From positions 1 to 22,766 of the forward strand of contig JBBRXO010000042.1 in NCBI GenBank assembly GCA_038248345.1: DNA of 22,766 bases, in the 5' to 3' direction. Numbering within the stretch: position 1 is the stretch's first letter; every line of letters starts with the position of its first letter. This document shows positions 1 to 9,772 of this stretch, piece by piece. Under the pieces are notes generated by a model. That model saw only the letters and a list, made by a program, of their open reading frames with translations, searched no databases and was not told the origin of the DNA. This DNA comes from Armatimonadota bacterium (lineage in GTDB: Bacteria > Armatimonadota > Hebobacteria > CAIYQO01). The position numbers were made by a program, and so were the translations under genes.

Positions 1-22
1 CTTCGCGGTGGTTACCAGAGAG

Positions 23-2419
23 TCAACCTAAAATATCAATAACCAGCTCTCCCCCCACATTTAGCCGTACTTCCTCCGCGATTTGTTTGCCGCGTAGATT
101 CAAGATGCGGAGGTTTAATTTGCCGTTGATAACCATGAGCGATAACTCTTTGCCGATGATGTGGCAACGGGCCACGGAGCCGGGGAGGGTGATGACGAAA
201 TTGGCGTTGCCAGCGGGGGGACGCAGGGACAGCTCTTGGGCGCGGGCGTCGTAGCAGATGCCGAACTCCGCCTGATAGAGCGCCCAACTGGACGTGGCGC
301 GAGAATAATAATGGCCATTTTCCACGTGGTTGTAGCGCATACCCGCGTCCTCATAGCGTGCGAAGACAGCGTGGGCCACCTCGCGCCCTAACTTACGCTC
401 ACCCAGCAGGGTCAGGTGGGCGGCGACGGTATACTCCACCCCACTCCACGGACAATTGGCCTGGTCGCTACCGCGGCGGGTGACTTCGATACCCCCGCCA
501 TGAGGCCAGGTGCAGTTGGGCAACCAGGAGTGGTGCCCGGCGCCGCGGCGATTATGTTTGACCATAGCGAGCAGCGCGGAGCGCACGCGGTGGTCGGGGA
601 AGAGCCCCTCACCACAGCTTTGCCGATAATACCAGTCGCCATTGAGTTGATCCGTCATGCAGCCGTTATTAGTGGAATCGCTGACAACATCGTAGCTGAG
701 ATTGTAGTATTCGCCGTTCCACAGTTGCTCCTGTAAGGTGGCGGAGGCGCGGTCGGCCTTCTGCCGGTATTCGATAGCTTTCACGCTCTGCCCCTGCCAG
801 CCAGCTAATTCGGCGGCGGCTCGCAGGCAAGCCAGGTAGAGAAAGCCGACGTAGGCCGAGGTGCCGTAGAGCGGCAGCCGGTCATAGGTCTGGTCTGGCC
901 CCAGGTTGTTGGGCAGCCCGTCGCCATCGTTGTCGGTGGCCTCCAGCCAGGCGATGTTGTTCTGCAGCACCGGCCACAGCTTTTCCGCTTCTTTCAAGTC
1001 GCCCGTCCAGCGTGCGTAGCGCCATTGCGCCAGCAGATATTGCGCGCCTAGTTCGATGTGCCCACGCCCATCGTAGGTGTCGCAGCAGTTGAAGTTGCCC
1101 GGCATGGTATGTGGCACCTTGCCACTTGGTTCCAGATTGGCGGCGGTGAGGCGGTTCTGCGCGGCCTCCAACTCCGGGAAGAATTGCAGGATGGCCAGAC
1201 TGCTGTAATGCGCGACATCAACTGTCTGCAGGCCGCCAATACCCAACCCCTCCCAGATGCCGAAACGTCCGGCTTTATCCCACCAGGCAGAGCGCCAGAG
1301 GGAGGAGAGGCCGGACATCACCGCCTGCAATTCCCATTCCGGCAGTGATGAACCATAAAAAGCAGCAGCGAAGGCGCGTGTGTTGCCCTCCAGTCGGGCT
1401 TTTTCTTTGAGGAGAAAATCCGCCACGGCGGCCGCGCTGGTGAAGCGATTAGCGTACTGTACGCCGATCATTTTTCCCGGTTTGCCCCGGTAATCCAGCT
1501 CGCTGAAGTTGGGGAAATACCAGGTGAGCAGGAAGGTGATTTGTGCGGTCTCGCCCGGCTCCAGGTAGATACCCATGCCATACGCGCCACGCGGCATCCC
1601 GGTGGGGCCTGCGTTACTCAGCGCGCCCAATTGTCCGGTCAGGCCATCCTCCAGCGCAAAATCCACATTTTCCAGCGTTCCGGTGGCACGCAGCGGATCC
1701 CACAGATCCCGCCCGGAGTGCGGGTGCAGGGCGTAGCAACTGGCGTGCGGGGCATCACTGACGGCAAATAGCCCCAGCTCCCCTTGTGAGGTAGCGGATG
1801 CCTCCAGCCCGGCGCGGGTGCAGACCAGCCCGGGGGTAGCGCCCTCCAGCACTGTCATACGCGAGGGGAATTCGGTATGGTCATACCCGACGACATTCTT
1901 CAACAAGCCGAAGAGCGTGACGCGGCAGTTGCTCTCGGTGGGGTTTGTCAGGGTAAATGTTAGTGTGGCCCCGGGCGTATTGGAGGCGGCCGCATCGCCG
2001 GGAATGAATGGACTCCACGCCTCCAAGCTGATCTCCAGCGGCATATCGGCGAAGTGGTAATCCAATTTGGCGAAGGGTAGATTCGCCTGATAGTCGATAT
2101 TTTCTGCGTGCTCTACCCAGGGGAGATGATAGGGGTCGCTGAACCAGAACCAGCCGTCCAGCCCCGGATCCTGCCCCAGATTTTTCTCCAACGCCAGGCA
2201 GCGCGGGCCATCGCCAAAGTCAGCGCAGAGGCCGAAGCGCAGCCCGTAGGCCTCCATGGCATCGGTGGCGGCCCCGGCACCCCATGGGCGGTTATTCATC
2301 AGGTGCCAAGCGTGGAAGTGGCCGTCCGGGCGGATCTCTAAACTTCCAGCGCCCACGCCGCCCAGCGGCATCCCGCTGTTGCGACAGCCATTGTTATCGG
2401 TAAATATTTGTTCGGTCAT
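23..2419 (-). CDS. GH116 family glycoside hydrolase (GBA2-like beta-glucosidase/glucosylceramidase)
   Basis: N-terminal GMPLGGVGAGSLE motif, WSPFIPGD..SNTP, FGIWEG (nucleophile region), PDQTYD (acid/base region), WNGEYY, DQLNGDWY, WSGVEY. Start moved to ATG 2419, which has a GAGGA SD. Confidence 0.85.
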   Translation of the reverse strand: MTEQIFTDNNGCRNSGMPLGGVGAGSLEIRPDGHFHAWHLMNNRPWGAGAATDAMEAYGLRFGLCADFGDGPRCLALEKNLGQDPGLDGWFWFSDPYHLPWVEHAENIDYQANLPFAKLDYHFADMPLEISLEAWSPFIPGDAAASNTPGATLTFTLTNPTESNCRVTLFGLLKNVVGYDHTEFPSRMTVLEGATPGLVCTRAGLEASATSQGELGLFAVSDAPHASCYALHPHSGRDLWDPLRATGTLENVDFALEDGLTGQLGALSNAGPTGMPRGAYGMGIYLEPGETAQITFLLTWYFPNFSELDYRGKPGKMIGVQYANRFTSAAAVADFLLKEKARLEGNTRAFAAAFYGSSLPEWELQAVMSGLSSLWRSAWWDKAGRFGIWEGLGIGGLQTVDVAHYSSLAILQFFPELEAAQNRLTAANLEPSGKVPHTMPGNFNCCDTYDGRGHIELGAQYLLAQWRYARWTGDLKEAEKLWPVLQNNIAWLEATDNDGDGLPNNLGPDQTYDRLPLYGTSAYVGFLYLACLRAAAELAGWQGQSVKAIEYRQKADRASATLQEQLWNGEYYNLSYDVVSDSTNNGCMTDQLNGDWYYRQSCGEGLFPDHRVRSALLAMVKHNRRGAGHHSWLPNCTWPHGGGIEVTRRGSDQANCPWSGVEYTVAAHLTLLGERKLGREVAHAVFARYEDAGMRYNHVENGHYYSRATSSWALYQAEFGICYDARAQELSLRPPAGNANFVITLPGSVARCHIIGKELSLMVINGKLNLRILNLRGKQIAEEVRLNVGGELVIDILG

Positions 2420-2439
2420 AATGTAATCCTCAAATGAAC

Positions 2440-2467
2440 AAAAGTCGTTGCAGGTGAACCCTGCGAC
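2440..2467 (-). terminator. Probable intrinsic terminator after metW
   Basis: Minus strand GTCGCAGG-gttca-CCTGCaaCGAC-TTTT (stem with a 2-nt bulge). Confidence 0.5.
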
Positions 2468-2509
2468 AAAAAGGTATGTGTCGGTGGTGCCCACACTCCC
2501 AGCGAAGGT

Positions 2510-3151
2510 CTATGCCCCACGCCGCAACAAAAATATCCCGTACTCGCCACGCCAATCGGGGTAGATGCTGACCTGGCGCGGGTGGGCGCCGTCACCGACG
2601 AAAAGTGCGACTTTACGCATGATGGTGAAGTTATTCTCGCGGCAGAAGGACTCGAAGTCGGCGATGGTGACGATGCGGATGTTGGGCGTGTTATACCATT
2701 TGTAGGGTAAGGCGGGTGACATCGGCAACGTGCCGGTGAACATCAAGTGCATGCGCACGCGCCAGAAGGCGAAGTTGGGGAAGCTGACGATGGCGTAGGT
2801 GCCCACGCGGAGCATCTCGGAGATCACCCGGTGCGGATCCTGCACCTGCTGTAAGGTGCGGCTTAAAACTACATAGTCACTGGCGTTATCCGGCAGGTCA
2901 TTCAGTCCATCATGCAGGTCACCGTGAAAAACGCTCAGGCCTTTGGCGATGCAGGCGGTGACAGACGGCTGGTGCAGGTCTACCCCGCGCGCTGTTGCTC
3001 CGCGCTCATGCTGCAACCGTTCCATCAACTCGCCGGTGCCGCAGCCCAGGTCGAGCACGCGCACGGCTGGTGGCACCAGGTCGACGATGATATCGTAATC
3101 GGGCCGGGAACCCACGGAATTTATTAATGGTTGGGCATCGATGTAGTTCAC
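2510..3151 (-). CDS. metW: Methionine biosynthesis protein MetW (SAM-dependent methyltransferase fold)
   Basis: RVLDLGCGTG, DYVVLSRTLQ, EMLRVG..AIVSFPNF, LPYKWYNTPNI..TIADFE. GTG start 6 nt after a TGcTAAAAT box. Confidence 0.9.
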   Translation of the reverse strand: MNYIDAQPLINSVGSRPDYDIIVDLVPPAVRVLDLGCGTGELMERLQHERGATARGVDLHQPSVTACIAKGLSVFHGDLHDGLNDLPDNASDYVVLSRTLQQVQDPHRVISEMLRVGTYAIVSFPNFAFWRVRMHLMFTGTLPMSPALPYKWYNTPNIRIVTIADFESFCRENNFTIMRKVALFVGDGAHPRQVSIYPDWRGEYGIFLLRRGA

Positions 3152-3157
3152 ATTGCT

Positions 3158-3166
3158 ATTTTAGCA
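3158..3166 (-). promoter_or_regulatory. Extended -10 promoter (TGcTAAAAT), leaderless metW
   Basis: Hexamer lies 6 nt upstream of GTG; no SD. Confidence 0.6.
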
Positions 3167-3206
3167 GTTTTTCGCGCTTATTGCATTGATTGGAGTACAC
3201 TGGCTC

Positions 3207-4871
3207 TCAAATCGGGAATTCCGGGTGATCCGCCCCATTCTTCACCTTCTCAGCTTTTTTGAAGGTGACGTTGCCACGGGAAACGGGATAGTCTATCTGG
3301 GCACCGGCGAGTAATTCTTCGATGGTGATTATTTGCAGGCGCGGGTGAGACCTACCCCAGGGGGAATCGTAGAATCCGGCGCTGGCTGCTTCGGTTCGCA
3401 TCGGTTTAATGGGGTTCTCCATAGAGATCAGCACGCCGATTTCGGCCTTTTCACGATCAAGGACACCGCGCAAATCACGCAGGTGGGCGACGGTGGTATG
3501 GCCCGCCTTTACCGAAAGAACAACTTGTTTTGAGGCATCGTTGCCGATATTATCGTGGAAATATAGCACGCCATCGATACCTTTATCAGCGCCTTTTTTC
3601 TTCTCCACCGGGCGCGCCCCTACCAGCCCCAGCGCCCACCACTGGAATTGGTACGGGTCACTGGCCGCCAATGTTTGTGCGTCGGGGACGGATACCGGCT
3701 CGCCCAGTACTACAAAGGGTAAGTCCCTGCCGAAGGAATCCCAGAGCCGATGCTTCATCAGTGTGACGGCCAGGTGGGTGATTATCAATGCCAACCCACT
3801 GCCGCCCCAGCTTCTGTGCCGCTGCGATGGCCGTACCACAGCCGCAAAAAGGATCAAGCACAACATCGCCGGGGTTGGAGGAGGCGGAGATGATTCTGTC
3901 GAGCAATTCGCATGGCTTTTGGGTGGGATATCCGAGGCGTTCCTTTGCCTGGGCGCCAATGGGGTTGATGTCAGTGATAACATCTACAATGGAGATGCCG
4001 ATTTCTTCATTCAGATAGCGCTTGAATTGCGGGATTTCTCCACTGGGAGGCCAATAGATCAGCCCCATCTCATCGAGGATGTCCAGCTTTTTTGGAACTG
4101 ACCATCCAGACACCTTGTCGTCATATTCTCCTTGAGGACTTTATTCGGAACCGCCCAATGTCTTCCTGCTTTCGTTGGGTCAACACCGCGCCAGGCCTGC
4201 CCGGATTCACCGGTTCTAGTCCCTGCGCCTGTTAGATCACCCAGACGATATTGTCCCACATCATCATGAAAACGATAAAACTGTTTTTTGTAGTTTTCGG
4301 AATAGGGCTGATAGATGAGATTCCAGGTGTAATTATCGGTCTTTGAGTAATAGAGGATGATATCGTGTACTGGCCCCCACCTCTTTGAACCGGAATGGGC
4401 GCTGGTGCGTTTCCAGATAATCTCATTGCGAAAATTCACCGCGCCGAATACTGCATCCATCAACATCTTCAAATAATGGCTGGCCGTCGGGTCACAGTGT
4501 AGATAGATGCTGGCAGTTGGTTTCATCACGCGGCGTAGTTCAATCAGCCGGGGGGCCATCATCGCCAGGTAAGCGAGCATGGTGCTCTCGCCGAGGAAAG
4601 TGCGGAAGGACTGCAAGGCTCGCGACACCTGCCCGCCGTGCTCGACCGTCTTCTTGTACGCCAATGCGGCGGATTGATCCCATTGCCAGGTATCGTCAAA
4701 GGCTTTTATCTGCGACGCCGCTCGCGTGCCATCCGCTTCACCGAAAAGGATATTGTAGCTGGCGTTGCTGTTGAAAGGCGGATCGAGGTACACCAGATCG
4801 ACCGTTTCATCTTTCACATAATGGTCAAGTATCTCCAGATTATCGCCATAATATAGGGTATTGGTATCCAT
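3207..4871 (-). pseudogene. Beta-class N4/N6 DNA methyltransferase fused to a C-terminal Mrr-like restriction endonuclease domain, split by two 1-bp frameshifts
   Basis: ORF 4059-4871 has LYYGDNL and YLDPPFNS (motif IV). ORF 3658-4113 has GYPTQKP and VLDPFCGCGT (motif I) to WVGID. ORF 3207-3983 continues ITHLA..FQWWAL..GADKGIDG..VSVKAG-like LSVKAG. Frameshifts near 4126 and at 3783. Confidence 0.85.
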
Positions 4872-4877
4872 AGCGAT

Positions 4878-4886
4878 ATTATATCA
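4878..4886 (-). promoter_or_regulatory. Extended -10 promoter (TGaTATAAT), leaderless MTase gene
   Basis: Consensus TATAAT 6 nt upstream of ATG 4871; no SD. Confidence 0.65.
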
Positions 4887-4911
4887 GGTATTGGATAGAA
4901 TTGGCAGAAGT

Positions 4912-4944
4912 AAAAACTGGGGCCGGGTTTCCCCGGCCCCAGTT
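4912..4944 (-). terminator. Intrinsic terminator after hpf
   Basis: Perfect 13-bp stem AACTGGGGCCGGG-gaaa-CCCGGCCCCAGTT followed by TTT on the minus strand. Confidence 0.85.
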
Positions 4945-4957
4945 CCTTACTTTATTC

Positions 4958-5479
4958 TCATACTGGCTCGATCAGCCCGTAGTTGCCGTCGCGGCGTTTG
5001 TAGATGACGTTCACTTTGTTGGTATGGGCGTTGAGGAAGACGAAGAAGTCGTGTCCTACCAGCTCCATCTCCACGGTGGCATCTTCGGGGTCCATGGGTT
5101 TAACGGGGAACTTCTTGGTGCGCATGATACGCGGAGCTTCCTCTTCCACTTCGGCGGGTAGTTCGGCGGGCATGAAGCCCTCGATATCGCCGCGTTTGTG
5201 CTCATGGCGCTCTTTGAACTTCTTCAGTTGGCGCTCCAGCTTGTCGGTCACCAGGTCAAGGGCGGCATACATGTCATCAGCACGTTCCTCAGCGCGGATA
5301 ACAGTGCCGTCGGCATTTAGCGTCACTTCGACGATATGCGTGTTACGGGTAATGCTCTCCACTACATGGATATCCTGTACATGGGTGAAGAAACGCTCCA
5401 GTTTCTGCAACTTAGTCGTCGCGTATTCGCGCAACGCTGGTGTTACTTCCATATGCTTCCCGGAAAATCTAATCTGCAT
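4958..5479 (-). CDS. hpf: Long-form ribosome hibernation promoting factor (HPF/YvyD)
   Basis: GKHMEVTPALREY, DMYAALD...KLERQLKK, C-terminal KPMDPEDA..MELVGHDFFVF..VIYKRRDGNYGLI. AAGGAG SD. Confidence 0.95.
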   Translation of the reverse strand: MQIRFSGKHMEVTPALREYATTKLQKLERFFTHVQDIHVVESITRNTHIVEVTLNADGTVIRAEERADDMYAALDLVTDKLERQLKKFKERHEHKRGDIEGFMPAELPAEVEEEAPRIMRTKKFPVKPMDPEDATVEMELVGHDFFVFLNAHTNKVNVIYKRRDGNYGLIEPV

Positions 5480-5505
5480 AATGGTACTCCTTTCTGCTGT
5501 CTTTA

Positions 5506-6663
5506 TTACTTTAAAACAACTGTCGCCACCGCATATGCGGACATACCTTCTTCGCCGCCCACAAAGCCTAATCCTTCTGCGGTGGTGGCCTTTACTGAGA
5601 TCTTTGTCGTGTTTATTGACAATGCGGTGGCGATATTTTCGCGCATTTTCGCAATATGTGGGGCAATTTTGGGTCGTTCCGCGGCCAGTGTCACATCTAC
5701 ATTGCTAATGGCATATCCTGCCGTGGCGATGATTTGTCCAACCTCTGCCAGCAGGTGCAGGCTATCCGCTCCGCGGTAGCGGTCGTCGGTATCGGGGAAG
5801 TGCTGGCCGATGTCGCCCAGCGCCGCCGCGCCCAGCAACGCATCCATCAGCGCGTGGACTAGTACATCTGCGTCGGAGTGTCCTAATAAGCCCAGATGAT
5901 GCGGGATGGTGACTCCGCCGAGGATTAATTTGCGTTTCTCTACCAATCGGTGGACATCATAGCCGAAGCCCATGCGTGGTGGCGCCGGGGTGAGCAGGCG
6001 CTCCGCCATGGCCAGATCTTCGGGGGTGGTAATCTTGAAGTTCATTGCTTCACCCTCTACCACGCGCACCGCATGGCCGGTTTTCTCCACCAGTGCAGCA
6101 TCGTCGGTGACGATCCATTTCTCTGCTCTTGCCTGCTGGTAGGCATCTATTATCAAACCCGTACGAAACCCCTGCGGTGTCTGCGCGCCCCACAACGTTT
6201 CGCGCGGGATAGTGGCGCGAATTATCTGATCGGTATCCACTTGTTTGACGGTATCCGCCAACCGATGTGACACCACGGCGGCGCCATAATGGCGAATCGT
6301 TTCAATACATCGTTCGATTACTGCCGGGGAGATGAAGGGACGGGCGGCATCGTGGATGAGCACCATTTCGGCGCCGGGGTCTACTTCCTGCAGGCCCAGC
6401 CAGACGGACTCCTGCCGTTCGGCGCCACCGAGGACGACTTTCTCACTGACGTGGGCCGGGCCGTCGGCCAGCAAGGCCAGCGCGCGTTCCATTTCGGCTG
6501 CGCCCACTACCAGGATGATCTCACTCACCCCCGGATGGTGGCGGAAAGTCTCCAATGCGTAGCTCAACAGCGGGCGGGCACCCAAGAGCGTCCAGGCTTT
6601 CGGTTCCGGAGCGCCCAATCGTGTACCCGAACCAGCAGCAGGTATGATCACCGAGATACTCGT
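5506..6663 (-). CDS. ispDF: Bifunctional IspD/IspF (MEP cytidylyltransferase + MEcPP synthase)
   Basis: [41 protein letters not shown], then [28 protein letters not shown]. The GGAGG SD points to ACG at 6663; the first canonical start is GTG 6651. Confidence 0.93.
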   Translation of the reverse strand, partial: TSISVIIPAAGSGTRLGAPEPKAWTLLGARPLLSYALETFRHHPGVSEIILVVGAAEMERALALLADGPAHVSEKVVLGGAERQESVWLGLQEVDPGAEMVLIHDAARPFISPAVIERCIETIRHYGAAVVSHRLADTVKQVDTDQIIRATIPRETLWGAQTPQGFRTGLIIDAYQQARAEKWIVTDDAALVEKTGHAVRVVEGEAMNFKITTPEDLAMAERLLTPAPPRMGFGYDVHRLVEKRKLILGGVTIPHHLGLLGHSDADVLVHALMDALLGAAALGDIGQHFPDTDDRYRGADSLHLLAEVGQIIATAGYAISNVDVTLAAERPKIAPHIAKMRENIATALSINTTKISVKATTAEGLGFVGGEEGMSAYAVATVVLK

Positions 6664-6706
6664 CGCACGCCTCCATTTTCTATACCAGGCAGAGATAATT
6701 ATTCTA

Positions 6707-7852
6707 CTAGTCTGTTTCGCCAGTGCCGTTATCGTTCGTTTTTACTTCCGCGAAGATCATCTTGCCCGCTACGGTTTGCAGCACGCTTGATACGGCTATC
6801 GGTATGGTCTCCCCGACTAGCTTTTTGGCATTTTCTACTACTACCATGGTACCGTCTTCCATATAGCCGACGCCCTGGTTGTACTCTTTCCCTTCGCGGA
6901 CGATGTTGACTGTCAGTTCCTCACCAGGGAGCATCATCGGTTTAACAGCGTTGGCCAGTTCATTCATATTCAAGACTTTTACGCCATGAATTTTGGCTAC
7001 TTTATTCAAATTGAAATCATTCGTGATGATATACGCTTCCAGCGACTTAGCCAGCTTCACCAGTTTCATATCAACGGGGTCACCCGGGACGAAGTTCGCT
7101 TTGTTGTAGCGATCCATGATACGAATAGAGATGGTATTTTCGTTCTGCATCTGGTGCAGGATATCCAGCCCGCGGCGTCCGCGATTGCGGCGCAATCCAT
7201 CAGCACTGTCGGCGATATGCTGTAATTCCTCGATGACGAAGCCCGGCAGGATGAGTTGCCCCTCGATGAAACCGGAGCGGCAGATGTCGATAATGCGCCC
7301 GTCGATGATGACGTTGGTATCCAGGATCTTGGGGACGCCGCGCACAACCTCCGGCGCATTGGTGATGCCCTCTGGCAGATGGGCGCGGAGCTCATCTTTG
7401 ATGCTGAAAGCCACAACATTGCCCAGCCACACCAGGAGTACGGTCTCCATCAGGATGATGGCGAAGATGGCGGGGGAGGCGACGACAGCATAGCCATTCG
7501 CATCCTTTAACAGGCTCATTAGCTGAATGACTTTCGCCAGTGCAAAAGCGACGGAGAGCGAGATGGTGGTACCCAGCAGGGCGGCGACTTTATCGGCAAA
7601 GGGGATGCGCCGCAGATTTTTCCCGACGGTGACGATCTGCCGGAAGAGATACGATCCGATGAGTAGCCCGATGAATATGCCTAAGGTGAGGAATAGCATG
7701 TAGGAAAAAATGATGAAATTCTTATCCACTTCCAACCCAGGACCCTTAAAAACATCTAACCGCAAATAGAGCGGAGTCAATGAAAACCCAATGAGACCAC
7801 CACCAAAAGCAAAGACTGAGCTGAACATTATTCCGAGAATACGTAGACCCAT
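6707..7852 (-). CDS. yacL: Membrane PIN/TRAM domain protein (YacL-like)
   Basis: Four hydrophobic segments, [66 protein letters not shown]. Conserved adjacency to ispD/ispF. AAGGAGGT SD. Confidence 0.93.
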   Translation of the reverse strand: MGLRILGIMFSSVFAFGGGLIGFSLTPLYLRLDVFKGPGLEVDKNFIIFSYMLFLTLGIFIGLLIGSYLFRQIVTVGKNLRRIPFADKVAALLGTTISLSVAFALAKVIQLMSLLKDANGYAVVASPAIFAIILMETVLLVWLGNVVAFSIKDELRAHLPEGITNAPEVVRGVPKILDTNVIIDGRIIDICRSGFIEGQLILPGFVIEELQHIADSADGLRRNRGRRGLDILHQMQNENTISIRIMDRYNKANFVPGDPVDMKLVKLAKSLEAYIITNDFNLNKVAKIHGVKVLNMNELANAVKPMMLPGEELTVNIVREGKEYNQGVGYMEDGTMVVVENAKKLVGETIPIAVSSVLQTVAGKMIFAEVKTNDNGTGETD

Positions 7853-7935
7853 TACCTACCTCCTTCAGGAGATGCTGAATAACAAAATGGCCGCAACATG
7901 CGGTCACAAGTGTAACACCAGTTTTTAATATCATT

Positions 7936-7964
7936 ATTATAGGCGAATAGCCTGCGAGCGTAAA
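7936..7964 (-). promoter_or_regulatory. Sigma70-type promoter for yacL-ispDF-hpf
   Basis: TTTACG-17 nt-TATAAT. Confidence 0.6.
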
Positions 7965-7995
7965 GCGAAGAGCCGGATATTTCCCTGCTCTTCGC
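7962..7995 (-). terminator. Probable terminator after the histidine kinase gene
   Basis: GCGAAGAGC-13 nt-GCTCTTCGC-TTT, directly abutting the downstream -35. Confidence 0.5.
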
Positions 7996-8020
7996 CTGGC
8001 AAGCGAGTGTAGCGCCAAAT

Positions 8021-9772
8021 CTATTTTGCTAGCGGCAAGGTGAAGCTGAAAGTACTGCCTTTGCCGGGGCCATCACTGGTTGCGCTGAGATGGCCACCGT
8101 GCGCATCCACCAGGGCACGGGCTACAGGGAGCCCGAGGCCGGCGCCGCCAAAGCTGCGCGTGAGCAACGGTTCGCGCTGTAAGAAGGCTTCGAATAAGCG
8201 TGCGCGCACTTCGGAGGCCATGCCGATACCATTGTCGGTGACGGTTATCACCGCTTCGTTCGCTTCTATTATCGTTTGTACAGTAATCTCGCCGCCTTCA
8301 TCAGTGAATTTGACGGCGTTATCAAGTAGATTGTTGAGGATCAGCATCGTTTTATTCGGGTCAGCGTTTACCTTTCTATCCGCGATATTCTCGGTGTGCA
8401 GGTTAATCTTCTTCATTTTTGCCAGCTCTTGATATTGCTCAATCGATGAGTCGATGATCCTTTTCAATTGTGTGGGGCGGGGTATGACCGATAATCCGCC
8501 GAACTCCAACCGGGCAATGCTCAAGATATTCTCAATCATATCCTGCAGTTTGCGTGCCTGGCGGTCGGCGCTCTTTACCATTTCTGGGTAATGCTCGCTC
8601 TCAGCGGTCACGGTACCGCTGGACATCATCTCCAGGAAGGCGCGCACTGTGGTTAATGGTGTTTTGAGTTCATGCGACATCAGGCTCAAAAAATCGCTTT
8701 TCAAGCGCTCCTGCATGGCCAGATCTACCGCCATTTTGTTGATAGATTCCGCCAGTAACCCCAGCTCATCTCCACTTTTTAGGTTGATACGGGTGGTAAG
8801 ATGCCCGGCGCCGATCTCCTGTGCGCCCAACGCCAGTTGCCGTACCTGCCGCGAGATGATTCCGGCAGAGTGCACCTGCCACCAGAGGGTTACTATAATA
8901 ATCAGGAGGGCAAGGAGAATAAAAAATACAATTTGCCGATAAATGGGCATCATGGTGGTCTGCTCTGAGCTGGCGGAAACTACCGTCCATGCCGCGACAT
9001 GTACCGTGGCAAAGCCCACCATATTGGCTTGCCCATTGAAGGGACTGAGGGTAACGCTTTGACCATCTTTCCCAGAGAAGATCATGTCGGAATTGGGAAA
9101 CTGGTATTCTTTTCCCGTCAGTTCAGTATTATCGCCGGAGCGTACTAGCAATGTGCCTTGTCGATCCCACAGCGAAAAAATATGAGTACGAGCTGAAAGG
9201 TGGATAGAGAAGAGGGAATCGATGGCGTCGGGCAATATCGATGCTGCTATGACCCCGTTAAACGCGCCATCCTTCAATAGAGGATACGCGATGATGATGA
9301 CTTTACTCCCGGTCGACCTGCTGGTTATTAACGATGATACCGTCGGTTTCATCGTCGCTTTCGCTTCAATGAAATAGGGGCGATCACTGACATCGGCGAA
9401 TTTTTCCGCAGTATTGACAATTTCCATCCCACTGACATCCGTGACGAACAGATGATCCCAATCTGGCTGCGCATTGTTTTGGCGCTCGAGTAACCCGTGG
9501 ATCTCGATGAGATCGCCGGACACCGCCTCGCTGGACTGCGCTAAGGTCTTCAAGGTACGCATGTGCCCCTGCAACCATTCGTCAAGGTATATAGCTGCCA
9601 TCTTCGCCTGTTGCTCATTGCTATCCATCACCACAGTGCGGCGCTCGCTAAACCAGGTGAAGAGCAAGATGATGCCAAAGATGAGCAACGGTATTGCGCC
9701 GATGAGCGAAGATATCAGCAAACGGCGCTGAAGTGACAAGCCTTTTAACTTCAAATTATTACTTTTTGGCAT
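8021..9772 (-). CDS. Sensor histidine kinase (2 TM, dCache-like sensor, HAMP, HisKA, HATPase)
   Basis: DVSDRPYF (Cache), DELGLLAESINKMA (HAMP), MSHELKTPL (H box), NLLDNAVKFT, DNGIG, GAGLGL. GGAGGTG SD before ATG 9772; overlaps the murE 3' end. Confidence 0.9.
   Translation of the reverse strand: MPKSNNLKLKGLSLQRRLLISSLIGAIPLLIFGIILLFTWFSERRTVVMDSNEQQAKMAAIYLDEWLQGHMRTLKTLAQSSEAVSGDLIEIHGLLERQNNAQPDWDHLFVTDVSGMEIVNTAEKFADVSDRPYFIEAKATMKPTVSSLITSRSTGSKVIIIAYPLLKDGAFNGVIAASILPDAIDSLFSIHLSARTHIFSLWDRQGTLLVRSGDNTELTGKEYQFPNSDMIFSGKDGQSVTLSPFNGQANMVGFATVHVAAWTVVSASSEQTTMMPIYRQIVFFILLALLIIIVTLWWQVHSAGIISRQVRQLALGAQEIGAGHLTTRINLKSGDELGLLAESINKMAVDLAMQERLKSDFLSLMSHELKTPLTTVRAFLEMMSSGTVTAESEHYPEMVKSADRQARKLQDMIENILSIARLEFGGLSVIPRPTQLKRIIDSSIEQYQELAKMKKINLHTENIADRKVNADPNKTMLILNNLLDNAVKFTDEGGEITVQTIIEANEAVITVTDNGIGMASEVRARLFEAFLQREPLLTRSFGGAGLGLPVARALVDAHGGHLSATSDGPGKGSTFSFTLPLAK

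Noticed and set aside
2420..2494. ORF-track N-terminal extensions of GH116 (also kinase 9808, DUF4139 18848, HAD 21675)
   Set aside because: Downstream ATGs have clear SD sequences, and signal peptides or conserved motifs begin there.
3409..4101. Long antisense or alternate-frame ORFs (also 5004-5708, 6289-6909, 14305-14937, 18015-18617, 20163-20738)
   Set aside because: Shadows of well-supported genes on the opposite strand in GC-rich DNA; no motifs or RBS.
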